Assembly: GCA_964016885.1 (NCBI GenBank)
Contig: OZ024759.1
Location: forward strand, 8,680,001-8,744,000
Length of the DNA: 64,000 nucleotides
From: Eledone cirrhosa
Taxonomy: Eukaryota
Reading direction: 5' to 3'
Positions 14,040-26,583 of this stretch are shown here, one piece after another. The notes beneath the pieces are model-generated. The model did no database searches. It saw only the letters and a program-made list of their open reading frames with translations, and had not been told where the DNA came from. The position numbers and the translations under genes are program-made. Each line of letters starts with the position of its first letter. Position 1 is the stretch's first letter.

Positions 14040-15806
14040 GGGAAACTAAATCAGAACAACCTGCCATCCCCTGCACATAATCATAGGCTGGAATCAAGGT
14101 ACAAATTGTTGTCCTTAAATGCACGTAGTCTATGCAATAAGATACATCTTTTTGATTCCTACATCAAAAGTATCAACCCTGACTTAACTACAGTCACGGA
14201 AACATGGGCACATTCCTTACTCTGTGATGGGGTTTTCAGCATAACTGGCTACAACTTGTTTCATAAAGACCGCATTAATCATCGTGGTGGTGGTGTAATG
14301 GTCTACGGTCGGTCATATTTTTCAGCAATTCCTTGTGTTGATTTGAACCAATCACAGCAGGAAGTAGTTTTCTGCGATATACGTATGACCATGTCAACAC
14401 TGCTACTTGGAGTCGTTTCCCGTCCCCCAAATTACCATCAGGACACTCAACTTTGTGATATCCTCAGAGCTGCTGCCAGGAAAACAGCCACTTATGTTTT
14501 TATTGCAGGGGACTTCAATCACCCTGAGATTGACTGGGAAACCTTTCGTTGGCCGCAAAGTGCAAATGAGTTCCTTGAGCTAGTGCTGGATTTGAACTGG
14601 TCCCAAGTAATCACCTCCCCAACAAGAGATGACAACACTTTGGACCTACTCTTCACCACTACTCCTGAAACGGTCATTAGTGTTACTGCTGAGGAACCTT
14701 TAGGTGACTCTGATCATGCTATGATCATTGCTAATCTGTCCCTCATGGGCAGTAACAAGAACCACAACCATATCCAAACTGCTCACTTTGACTGGAATAA
14801 AGCAGACTGGAACTGTTACTGCACCGAGTTGCAATGTCCAAATTAGTTTGAGTTCTATGACTCTAGAGATGTCAACACTGTACTCCAGAACATCCTGAAC
14901 TCAATATGGACAGCATGTGCAGCATCGGTTCCACGTAAGCAGAAAAAACATCCCAAAAGTGCAATTTGCGAGACTGCAGCAGTCCGTCTTGCCAGAAAAG
15001 AACGTTGTAATGCTGGACGTGAGTACAAACTGCATAAATCAGACATCAATAGGAAAAAGCGAAATAAATCATCCAACCATCTCAAGCAGGTGACAAAAAA
15101 GGCAGTGCTTGAATTTGAGCAGCGCATAGCAACCAGCCCTGACAGTAAGGTGTTCTGGAAGTATGTTCACTCAAAGCAGAGGCCTCACTCTCCAGCTGGT
15201 CCTCTTCGCAATCCCCACACAAGCCAGGTTACTGACGACCCCAAGGAATGCGCAGAACTCATTGCTGAATGCTATGCAGGCATTTTCACTATTGAAGACC
15301 AGAGTGTACCATCTCCACCACCTCTGACATTGGATTCTATTACAACCATGGAATTTACACCTGCAATGCTGTAACGTCACCTTAAAAATAAACACAACCA
15401 TGCCTCTCCTGGTCTGATGGTATTACATACCTGCTTCTCAAACATGGTGGGTACTTTCTTCTGCACCAGCTTTCACTCTCAATTCTGTTTTAACAACAGT
15501 GCTACTCCAGAACAGTGGAAAACTGCCAGTGTCATCCCTCTGTTTAAAAAGGGTGATCGCACGTCACCTGTCAACTATCGTCCAGCCAGTCTTACTAGCT
15601 GCATTGCCAAACTGATGGAATTGTGTCAGAGAGACACTTTGGAACTTCTGGAACTCTCACAGTTTTATCCGGCCCTCGCAATTTGGATTTATCCCTAACT
15701 CCAGCTGCTGTGATCAACTTATCGAGTTTCTTGAAGACATTACCCAGATCACTGATGGCAGCTCATGGGTGGATGTTGTTTACCTTGACTTTGCTAAAGC
15801 TTTCAA
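14040..15806 (+). mobile_element. CR1-clade LINE ORF2 fragment (APE + RT start), 3'-truncated
   Basis: LNARSL, TETW, RGGGV, GDFNHP, TRDDNTLDLLF, SDH; PLFKKGDR..NYRP, VYLDFAKAF; ends at a (TA)n tract. Confidence 0.88.
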
Positions 15807-15812
15807 TTCTGC

Positions 15813-15862
<50 letters not shown>

Positions 15863-15919
15863 GGAAAAAATGAAACGATATCTCATTTCCCACTCTTAGT
15901 ACGGCTGTTACTTAAATAT

Positions 15920-15988
15920 AAGTATGTACACGTACATACATCTATGTATACAGACGTACAGTAGTATGTATATATATATATATACATG

Positions 15989-16029
<41 letters not shown>

Positions 16030-16232
16030 GCACACATATATATATATATGCACGTATGGATTCACTGAACATTTATTATAATGCTCGGTGTGTTTGTAAA
16101 CAAACATCCCATACTAAGCCGTAGTGTCTAGCAACCACCGTTGCTCGTTTGTTCAACACTGACAAAGGAACGCTGTACTAGTTTCAAGCTTGTTAGCTAT
16201 CGTCAGCAACGTATACCTTCCTGCCAGATTGT
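15920..16232 (+). repeat. Unclassified dispersed repeat (second copy 63345-63612)
   Basis: Near-identical blocks GGATTCACYGAACATTTATTATAATGCTCGG...CCTTCCTGCCAGATTG at both sites. Confidence 0.75.
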
Positions 16233-16941
16233 GTAATACTGATCTGTGACATATATTAAAGGGAGAGATCTGTGTAATATTGATCTGTGACATATATTAA
16301 AGGGAGAGATCTGTGTAATATTGATCTGTGACATATATTAAAGGGAGAGATCTGTGTAATATTGATCTGTGACATATATTAAAGGGAGAGATCTGTGTAA
16401 TATTGATCTGTGACAAATATTAAAGGGAGAGATCTGTGTAATATTGATCTGTGACAAATATTAAAGGGAGAGATCTGTATAATACTGATCTGTGACAAAT
16501 ATTAAAGGGAGAGATCTGTGTAATACTGATCTGTGACAAATATTAAAGGGAGAGATCTGTGTAATACTGATCTTTGACATATATTAAAGGGAGGGATCTG
16601 TGTAATACTGATCTGTGACAAATATTAAAGGGAGCAATCTGTGTAATACTGATCTTTGACATATATTAAAGGGAGGGATCTGTGTAATACTGATCTGTGA
16701 CAAATATTAAAGGGAGTGATCTGTGTAATACTGATCTGTGACAAATATTAAAGGGAGAGATCTGTGACAAATATTAAAGGGAGTGATCTGTATAATACTG
16801 ATCTGTGACAAATATTAAAGGGAGAGATCTGTGTAATACTGATCTTTGACAAATATTAAAGGGAGAGATCTGTGTAATACTGATCTTTGACAATTATTAA
16901 AGGGAGGGATCTGTGTAATACTGATCTTTGACAAATATTAA
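16228..16941. repeat. 41-bp minisatellite, ~17 copies
   Basis: Unit GATCTGTGTAATAYTGATCTGTGACAWATATTAAAGGGAGA. Confidence 0.95.
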
Positions 16942-17714
16942 AACCCTATTAAAATATTTGACAAGTCATACTATGAGGTATCCCTCTGTGATCATGTAGT
17001 TCCCAGCAATGTATTTTTACCTATGGAGGTCTAATAATTTATATAAAAGGTTTAATGATCCAGCCACCATAGTATTTCTATGATAATCAGAGACAGACCA
17101 TACATCTGATGGAGTTTCTTTTTTCACTCTCTAACGATAGCTTATCTGACTTTAATAGAAAGTGTTCCTCGCCGAGGTAGCACCCATGGTATGTGTCATG
17201 GGTGTCAACTTTTCAGACCTCATGGACCACTAAATTCAAGATTTTAAATCATGTGTACCACTAATATGAATTTTTTTAAAAAGATAAATATATTTCTAAA
17301 ATAATGGTCAGAGAATTTCCATTTTATTAAACAATACTGAAGTGTACCTGTGTCATTTTGTCAATATATGATAAATATATTTCTAAAGTAATTGTTTCTA
17401 CTTTTGGCACAAGGCCAGCAATTGTCCCAGTGCATTACTGGTACTTTATTTTATAGACACTGTAAGGATGAAAGGCAAAGTTAACCTCGGCAGGATTTGA
17501 ACTCAGACCCTCTACTGATACGGCCAATCCAATACTGACCAGAGAACTTCCATTTTATTAAACAATACTGAAGTGTACCTGTGTCATATTGTCAATATAT
17601 GATATATATGTATAAAATTATTTCATGGATGTTAGTTCTTTACCGAGGAGAAACATTTTTTAGGGGTATTATAAAATAAATTTTAACCGAATATTATTTT
17701 TTTAATTATTATTA

Positions 17715-18212
17715 GTAAGGCAAAGTTAACCCCGATGGGATTTGAACTCAGTCCGTAAAGGGACGTAATTATGCTGGAAAGCATGGCGTCCGACCCTCTA
17801 CCGATACTGCCAATTCACCATTTTGGCAGTATCGGTAGAGGGTCGGACGCCATGCTTTCCAACATAGTTACGTCTCTTTACGGTCTGAGTACAAATCCCG
17901 TCGGGGTTAACTTTGCCTTTCATCCTTACAGGGTCGATAAAATAAAGTACCAGTAATGTACTGGGTAATTGCTGGCCTTGTGCCAAAAGTAGAAACAATT
18001 ATTAGTAAAACATAATAATTACAAATAATTGTTTCTACTTTTGGCACAAGGCCAGCAATTACCCAGTGTATTACTGGTACTTTATTTTATCGACCCTGTA
18101 AGGATGAAAGGCAAAGTCAACCGCGGCGGGATTTGGACTCAGAATGGAAAGGGCCGTAACTCTATGCTGGAAAGCATGGCGTCCGACCCTCTACCGATAC
18201 TGCCAATCCACC
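17715..18212. mobile_element. Cluster of three SINE-A copies (-,+,-)
   Basis: Partial minus copy, full plus copy 17823-18000, full minus copy 18027-18212. Confidence 0.85.
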
Positions 18213-18251
18213 TAATAATTACAAATAATGTCCAAATTTTTCTGAGGACCT

Positions 18252-19370
18252 CATTTCCTCTCGGACCAGCAACATTCTCTCTCAGACACCAACATTTCCT
18301 CTCGGACACCAACATTCTCTCTCAGACACCAACATTTCCTCTCGGACACCAACATTTCCTCTCGGACACCAACATTCTCTCTCAGACACCAACATTTCCT
18401 CTCGGACACCAACATTTCCTCTCGGACACCAACATTTCCTCTCGGACACCAACATTCTCTCTCAGACACCAACATTTCCTCTCGGACACCAACATTTCCT
18501 CTCGGACACCAACATTCTCTCTCAGACACCAACATTTCCTCTCGGACACCAACATTTCCTCTCGGACACCAACATTCTCTCTCAGACACCAACATTTCCT
18601 CTCGGACACCAACATTCTCTCTCAGACACCAACATTCTCTCTCAGACACCAACATTTCCTCTCGGACACCAACATTTCCTCTCGGACACCAACATTTCCT
18701 CTCGGACACCAACATTCTCTCTCAGACACCAACATTTCCTCTCGGACACCAACATTTCCTCTCGGACACCAACATTCTCTCTCAGACACCAACATTTCCT
18801 CTCGGACACCAACATTTCCTCTCGGACACCAACATTCTCTCTCAGACACCAACATTTCCTCTCGGACACCAACATTCTCTCTCAGACACCAACATTCTCT
18901 CTCAGACACCAACATTTCCTCTCGGACACCAACATTTCCTCTCGGACACCAACATTTCCTCTCGGACACCAACATTCTCTCTCAGACACCAACATTTCCT
19001 CTCGGACACCAACATTCTCTCTCAGACACCAACATTCTCTCTCAGACACCAACATTCTCTCTCAGACACCAACATTTCCTCTCGGACACCAACATTCTCT
19101 CTCAGACACCAACATTTCCTCTCAGACACCAACATTCTCTCTCAGACACCAACATTCTCTCTCGGACCAGCAACATTTCCTCTCGGACACCAACATTTCC
19201 TCTCGGACACCAACATTTCCTCTCAGACACCAACATTTCCTCTCGGACACCAACATTTCCTCTCAGACACCAACATTTCCTCTCGGACACCAACATTTCC
19301 TCTCGGACACCAACATTTCCTCTCAGACACCAACATTTCCTCTCGGACCAGCAACACTTCCTCTCGGACC
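18252..19370. repeat. 20-bp minisatellite, ~55 copies, two interspersed variants
   Basis: GACACCAACATTTCCTCTCG / GACACCAACATTCTCTCTCA. Confidence 0.95.
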
Positions 19371-19464
19371 ACCGGTTGACAACTCCTGTCCCCCTTGCAT
19401 CACATACTTGTATTTCTCAGCTAATGTTTCTCTCAGTTAATTCTCATTTCTTCTCTGCCATTAG

Positions 19465-19557
19465 CAATGTGTAAAACCACTGAATGTTGAGAGAAAAACT
19501 GGCAAAGTTGGCAAAATAAAGATTGAAGATGATGGCAGTTACTATGAAGAGAGCATG
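19465..19557 (+). CDS. NARFL: NARFL coding exon 2
   Basis: Pyrimidine tract + TAG acceptor; [31 protein letters not shown] (conserved CxKP Cys); donor GTAAGT, phase 0. Confidence 0.93.
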
Positions 19558-19700
19558 GTAAGTTGTTGTTACTGTTGTTACTGTTGTTGTTACTGTTGTT
19601 ACTGTTGTTGTTACTGTTGTTACTGTTGTTGTTACTGTTGTTACTGTTGTTGTTGTTGTTGATTAATGTCTTACCTTCTTACCTTTATATCTCCGTTCAG

Positions 19701-19847
19701 TCAGGTGAGAGGAGTAAATTAAAGAAAGCGAAGATCACACTAAACGACTGCCTGGCCTGTAGTGGTTGTATCACGTCAGCTGAGAGTGTGCTGATATCAC
19801 AGCAGAGTTCACAGGAGTTGTACAATACCTTGGCACATAACACACAG
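19701..19847 (+). CDS. NARFL: NARFL coding exon 3
   Basis: [36 protein letters not shown]...; [13 protein letters not shown] is the N-terminal 4Fe-4S motif; CAG acceptor, GTAGGT donor. Confidence 0.96.
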
Positions 19848-19874
19848 GTAGGTCACCATTAGACTCTGGCAAGG

Positions 19875-20677
19875 TTGGTCAACACAAGATATATTTGGTC
19901 AAGGTGGCCACACAAGGCTCTGGTCAACACAAGATATATTTGGTCAAGGTGGCCACACAAGGCTCTGGTCAACACAGGAGATATTTGGTCAAGGTGGCCA
20001 CACAAGGCTCTGGTCAACACAGGAGATATTTGGTCAAGATGGCCACACAAGGGTCTGGTCAACACAGGAGATATTTGGTCAAGATGGCCACACAAGGCTC
20101 TGGTCAACACAAGATATATTTGGTCAAGGTGGCCACACAAGGCTCTGGTCAACACAGGAGATATTTGGTCAAGATGACCACACAAGGCTCTGGTCAACAC
20201 AAGATATATTTGGTCAAGGTGGCCACACAAGGCTCTGGTCAACACAGGAGATATTTGGTCAAGGTGGCCACACAAGGCTCTGGTCAACACAGGAGATATT
20301 TGGTCAAGATGGCCACACAAGGCTCTGGTCAACACAGGAGATATTTGGTCAAGATGACCACACAAGGCTCTGGTCAACACAAGATATATTTGGTCAAGGT
20401 GGCCACACAAGGCTCTGGTCAACACAGGAGATATTTGGTCAAGGTGGCCACACAAGGCTCTGGTCAACACAGGAGATATTTGGTCAAGATGGCCACACAA
20501 GGCTCTGGTCAACACAGGAGATATTTGGTCAAGATGACCACACAAGGCTCTGGTCAACACAAGATATATTTGGTCAAGGTGGCCACACAAGGCTCTGGTC
20601 AACACAAGATATATTTGGTCAAGATGACCACAAGGCCCTGGTCAACACAGGAGATATTTGGTCAAGGTGGCCACACA
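19875..20677. repeat. 45-bp minisatellite, ~18 copies
   Basis: Unit TGGTCAACACARGAKATATTTGGTCAAGRTGRCCACACAAGGCTC. Confidence 0.95.
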
Positions 20678-21165
20678 GTGAGATTGAATCCATAACCATC
20701 TGGTTGAGAATGAAACACCTTAACCACACGGCCATACCTGATGCCTACATTGTTGTTGTTATTCATCATCACCGTCCTTCGACTGCTCTGTGGGCAGTCA
20801 GAACTCTCCGGACAATTCCTTTCCATACTGTTCGGTCCTGCTGCCCCCAGATTCCTTATGTCCTACCCTGAGTCCCAAGCTATGGTCTCTGGGAAAGTCA
20901 GTTTTCTTGAATAAACACATCGAGAGGGATGCCACAGACGGAGAGATGAAATTCTTTGTCGGCTCGATGACAGTGACCAGCACACTGTAGTCTTTTTGGT
21001 TGGGTCTGAGGGATATTGGAATCAAATCTCCGTAGATTTAACCTGTGGTCCTGTGGTCTCCAGCTGCTTGTGGTCTCCACCTTATGTTTTTGATTCTTCT
21101 CAGCTCAGCAGATTTCTATGTTATTAGCCATTTCTTTCATTTAATTTTAACTTTTAATTGTTCAG

Positions 21166-21298
21166 GAGGAAGAATCTGGTAATGAGAAGCTCGTTATTGT
21201 ATCAATATCACCACAGTCTAGAGCTTCATTAGCAGCAAAATACCAGCTTTCTATGGAAGATGCAGCTAAGAAGTTAACTGCCTTTTTTAAGGGTTTAG
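21166..21298 (+). CDS. NARFL: NARFL coding exon 4
   Basis: [44 protein letters not shown]; conserved [13 protein letters not shown]; TTCAG acceptor, GTAAGG donor, phase 1. Confidence 0.95.
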
Positions 21299-21676
21299 GT
21301 AAGGAATTCTCTGATTTCAAACACCAAATATTTTACAGGGAGAGTAGGGAACAATAAATTGACCCCAACACTGCACCCTATGCCTTTTCCCCAGTATGTC
21401 ACTGGTACTAAATTAGAGAACATGTAGAGAGTTGGATGAAATGGTTTGCTGTATTTAACTACAACCCTTAACATTCTAAGTTAAAATCCTGCTGAAGTCA
21501 ACTTTACCTGTCATACTTCCAGGCCAGGGTTGAACAAATATAGTACAGGGGGTCGATGTAATCACCCCCACCAATTCCTAACCTTGTGCCAAATGTAGAA
21601 ACACCTTACGGGGTCGATAAAATAAAGTACCAGTAATGCACTGGGGTAATTGCTGGCCTTGTGCCAAAAGTAGAAA

Positions 21677-21709
<33 letters not shown>

Positions 21710-21944
21710 GGGGCTGTGGATTGGCAGAATCGACAGAGCGTCGGACAACATACTTTGCAGCATAGTGTTACATCCCTTTACTTTCTAAGTTCAAATCCTG
21801 CCAAGGTTAGCTTTGCTGTTCATCGTTACGGGGGTTAATAAACTAAAGTACCAGTAATACACTGGCGTCAATTTAATCGACCCCCCCCCCCCTACCCCCA
21901 AACTGTTGGCGTTGTGCCTAAATGAGAAACCATTTTTATTGCAG

Positions 21945-22079
21945 GTGTTTCCCATGTCTTTGACACAACCTTTGCCAGACATTTCAGTCTGATGGAAAGT
22001 GCTCAGGAGTTCATCAATCGTTATAAGACGGCGGACATTGAACAAACTTCATTCCCAATGCTGGCCTCAGCTTGTCCAG
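21945..22079 (+). CDS. NARFL: NARFL coding exon 5
   Basis: (G)[26 protein letters not shown]...PMLASACP; GCAG acceptor, CAG|GTGAGT donor, phase 1. Confidence 0.95.
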
Positions 22080-23873
22080 GTGAGTCTACACACTACCTCG
22101 TTATATCCAGGTGTGTCTATACACTACCGCATTATATCCAGGTGTGTCTACACACTACCTCGTTATGTCCAGGTGTATCTACACACTACTTCGTTATATC
22201 CAGATGCGTGTACACAGTACCTCGTTATATCCAGGTGAGTCTACACAGTACCGCATTATATCCAGGTGTGTGTACACAGTACCTCGTTATATCCAGGTGA
22301 GTCTACACAGTACCTCGTTATATCCAGGTGAGTCTACACACTACCTCGTTATGTCCAGGTGAGTCTACACACTACCTCGTTATGTCCAGGTGAGTCTACA
22401 CACTACCTCGTTATATCCAGGTGCGTGTACACACTACCTCGTTATGTCCAGGTGAGTCTACACACTACCTCGTTATATCCAGGTGAGTCTACACACTACT
22501 TCATTATATCCAGGTGTGTCTACACACTACCTTGTTATATCCAGGTGAGTCTACACACTACCTTGTTATATCCAGGTGTGTGTACACAGTTCCTCGTTAT
22601 ATCCAGGTGTGTCTACACAGTACCTCGTTATATCCAGGTGTGTCTACACAGTACCTCGTTATATCCAGGTGTGTCTACACAGTACCTCGTTATATCCAGG
22701 TGTGTCTACACACTACTTCATTATATCCAGGTGTGTGTACACACTACCTCGTTATATCCAGGTGCGTGTACACAGTACCTCGTTATATTCAGGTGCGTGT
22801 ACATAGTACCTCGTTATATCCAGGTGCGTGTACACACTACCTCGTTATATCCAGGTGAGTCTACACAGTACCTCGTTATATCCAGGTGCGTGTACACAGT
22901 ACCTCGTTATATTCAGGTGTGTGTACACAGTACCTCGTTATATCCAGGTGTGTCTACACACTACCTCGTTATATCCAGGTGAGTCTACACAGTACCTCGT
23001 TATATCCAGGTGCGTGTACACAGTACCTCGTTATATTCAGGTGTGTGTACACAGTACCTCGTTATATCCAGGTGTGTCTACACACTACCTCGTTATATCC
23101 AGGTGAGTCTACACACTACCTCGTTATATCCAGGTGAGTCTACACAGTACCTCGTTATATCCAGGTGAGTCTACACACTACCTCGTTATATCCAGGTGCG
23201 TGTACACAGTACCTCGTTATATCCAGGTGTGTGTACACAGTACCTCGTTATATCCAGGTGAGTCTACACAGTACCTCGTTATATCCAGGTGCGTGTACAC
23301 AGTACCTCGTTATATTCAGGTGTGTGTACACAGTACCTCGTTATATCCAGGTGAGTCTACACAGTACCTCGTTATATCCAGGTGAGTCTACACACTCACC
23401 TCGTTATATCCAGGTGTGTCTACACACTACCTCGTTATATCTAGGTGTGTCTACACAGTACCTCGTTATGTCCAGGTGTGTCTATACACTACCTCGTAAT
23501 ATCCAGGTGTGTGTACACACTACCTCATTATATCCAGGTGAGTCTACACACTACCTCGTTATATCCAGGTGAGTCTACACACTACCTTGTTATGTCCAGG
23601 TGCAGCTACACAGTACCTCATTATATCCAGGTGTGTCTACACACTACCTCGTTATATCCAGGTGTGTGTACACAGTACCTCGTTATATCCAGGTGAGTCT
23701 ACACACTACCTTGTTATATCCAGGTGTGTGTACACAGTACCTTGTTATATCCAGGTGTGTGTACACAGTACCTCGTTATATCCAGGTGTGTCTACACAGT
23801 ACCTCGTTATATCCAGGTGAGTCTACACAATACCTCGTTATGTCCTGGTGAGTCTACACAGTACCTCGTTATA
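22075..23873. repeat. 31-bp minisatellite containing the exon-5 donor, ~58 copies
   Basis: Unit CCAGGTGHGTSTACACASTACCTCGTTATAT. Confidence 0.95.
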
Positions 23874-23875
23874 TA

Positions 23876-24136
23876 TGTAGTACCCCACCCTGTCTGGGGT
23901 ATAGGACCCCACCCTGTCTGGTGTATAGGACCCTACCCTGTCTGGTGTATAGGACTCCACCCTGTCTGGTGTATAGTACCCCACCCTGTCTGGTGTATAG
24001 GACTCCACCCTGTCTGGTGTATAGGACCCCACCCTGTCTGGTGTATAGGACTCCACCCTGTCTGGTGTATAGGACTCCACCCTGTCTGGTGTATAGGACC
24101 CCACCCTGTCTGGTGTATAGGACCGCCACCCTGTCT
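23876..24136. repeat. 24-bp minisatellite, ~11 copies
   Basis: Unit TAGGACYCCACCCTGTCTGGTGTA. Confidence 0.93.
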
Positions 24137-24441
24137 GAGAGGTTAGTAGCTTCGTTGACTAATGAATTAATGAAGTACAAGGCTTGCCTGTATATATGAA
24201 GGAGTGATGCTAGCGCTTTGAAATCTTGCAAACATTAATTTCAACTCTAATTAATAACTGCATTGTTTCTTTCCAGGGTCTCTTTGGAAAGATAAACCTC
24301 ATTTGGTCATTCCATGAGAGTATCTTGGTCAGACTATCAACTTATCAGCCAACTCTTGTATTTGTGTTTTTGTTTGTCTTTATTTTGGTGAGATTTAAAA
24401 ATTATTATTTTTTCTTCTTTTATTCCACTCCACCACCCAAG

Positions 24442-24690
24442 GATGGATCTGCTACGCGGAGAAAACCCACGGATCATTCATTCTTCCTTACATCAGCACG
24501 ACCAAGTCTCCACAGCAGATCATGGGGTCTTATGTGAAGGACTTCTTCGCTAATCAACACAGCAAGCGACCCAGTGATGTCTACCATGTCACCGTGATGC
24601 CGTGTTATGATAAAAAACTGGAGGCTTCACGGAAGGACTTCTATAACGACATCTTCAGCACCAGGGATGTTGACTGTGTCCTTAGTACAG
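24442..24690 (+). CDS. NARFL: NARFL coding exon 6
   Basis: (G)[28 protein letters not shown]...[13 protein letters not shown]...DVDCVLST; completes [10 protein letters not shown] and contains MPCYDKKLE; AAG acceptor, GTAAGT donor. Confidence 0.96.
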
Positions 24691-25057
24691 GTAAGTTACC
24701 TGTTTAGCTGCTCCAAAATACATTATCATCATCATCATTTTACGTCCGCTTTTCCCTGCTTGCAAAGGGTGGGACGGGAACTGATTCTGGCTTGGTTTCT
24801 ACAGCTGGATGCCCTTCCTAACACCAACCTCATTTACAGTGAGTGCTGGGTGTTTTTTTGCCGTGTCACCTACACGTCCACTTTACAGTGTGGGCTGGGT
24901 ACTTTTTTTCCGTGGTGCCTCCACGACCACTTTACAGTGTGGACTGGGTGCTTTTTTGCCGTGGCACCTCCACGACCACTTTGCAGTGGAATGATAGGAG
25001 CCCCAGTCCTATCATCTCATTTCTACAGCTGAGTAAACTGGAGCAATGTGAAATAAA

Positions 25058-25116
<59 letters not shown>

Positions 25117-25120
25117 TATA

Positions 25121-25155
<35 letters not shown>

Positions 25156-25727
25156 CATCATCATCATCGTTTAACGTCCATATTCCACGCTTGCATGGGT
25201 TTGGACGGGAGTTTTCCCACTTGAGGCAAGAGTGATTGTCTTGCTCGCATAGGACTGTCTGGCGGGTTTTCTACAGCTGGATGCCCTTCCTAACACCAAC
25301 CACATTTACAGTGTGGGGCTGGGAGGTTTTTACCGTGTTGCCTACACGGCCACATTACAGCGTGGACTGTCTGGCGTGTTTTCTACAGCTGGATGCCCTT
25401 CCTAACACCAACCACATTTACAGTGTGGGGCTGGGAGGTTTTTACCATGTTGCCTACACGGCCACATTACAGCGTGGACTGTGTGTTTTTTTGTCGTGAC
25501 ACCTACACGACCTCATTTGTTTCGGCCTGGATGGTGTGGCACCAACATAACTTTACATTGAAAGGGGCGGTGTGGATCGGGTGGGGGTGGGGGACGGGGG
25601 TGTATTTTGTTAGAGGTGCCTACTGACTGTAGTAGGTTTTACTTTGTATTTAGATAAGGCGGGTCTTCTCTATTACTGAGTACTGCCAAAGGTCTCGGTC
25701 CAGTGACATTGTCTTGGAGAGGTGTAA

Positions 25728-25799
<72 letters not shown>

Positions 25800-25897
25800 T
25801 ATGTAGATAAATCTACCAAGAGTTTACGGTAGTGTCCAAATAATGAACTTTTTTTGTTTAATGTAAGGAATTGTTTATTCATTATTTGTTTAATATT

Positions 25898-26277
25898 TTA
25901 TATATGTATATATATATATATGTACATATGTATATATATATATGTACATATGTATATATATATATGTACATATGTATATATATATGTACATATGTATATA
26001 TATATATGTACATATGTATATATATATATGTACATATATATATATATGTACATATATATATATATGTACATATATATATATATGTACATATATATATATA
26101 TGTATATATATATATGTATATATATATAAATATGTATATATATATATATGTATATGTATATATATATGTATATATATATGTATATGTATATATATATATG
26201 TATATGTATATATATATATGTATATGTATATATATATATGTATATGTATATATATATGTATATATGTATATGTATAT

Positions 26278-26327
<50 letters not shown>

Positions 26328-26539
26328 GTATATATGTATATGTATATATGTATATATATATATATGTATATATATATGTATATATATATGTATATATGTA
26401 TATGTATATATGTATATATATATGTATATGTATATATGTATATATATATGTATATATATATGTATATATATATATGTATATATATATATGTATATATATA
26501 TATGTATATATATATATGTATATATATATATATGTATAT

Positions 26540-26573
<34 letters not shown>

Positions 26574-26583
26574 ATGTATATAT
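25898..26583. repeat. (TA)n/(TATG)n microsatellite (similar tract at 29601-29957)
   Basis: Direct inspection. Confidence 0.95.

Noticed and set aside
18029-19474. 481-aa ORF
   Set aside because: SINE plus stop-free 20-bp minisatellite inside NARFL intron 1
19563-19700. Poly-Leu N-terminus suggesting a signal peptide on exon 3
   Set aside because: (GTT/ACT)n microsatellite within the 143-nt intron 2
19859-20695. 248-266 aa repetitive ORFs on both strands
   Set aside because: 45-bp intronic minisatellite with unit length divisible by three
16228-24136. CRISPR-like appearance of 20-45 bp repeats
   Set aside because: Head-to-tail units with no unique spacers, no cas genes, eukaryotic intron context
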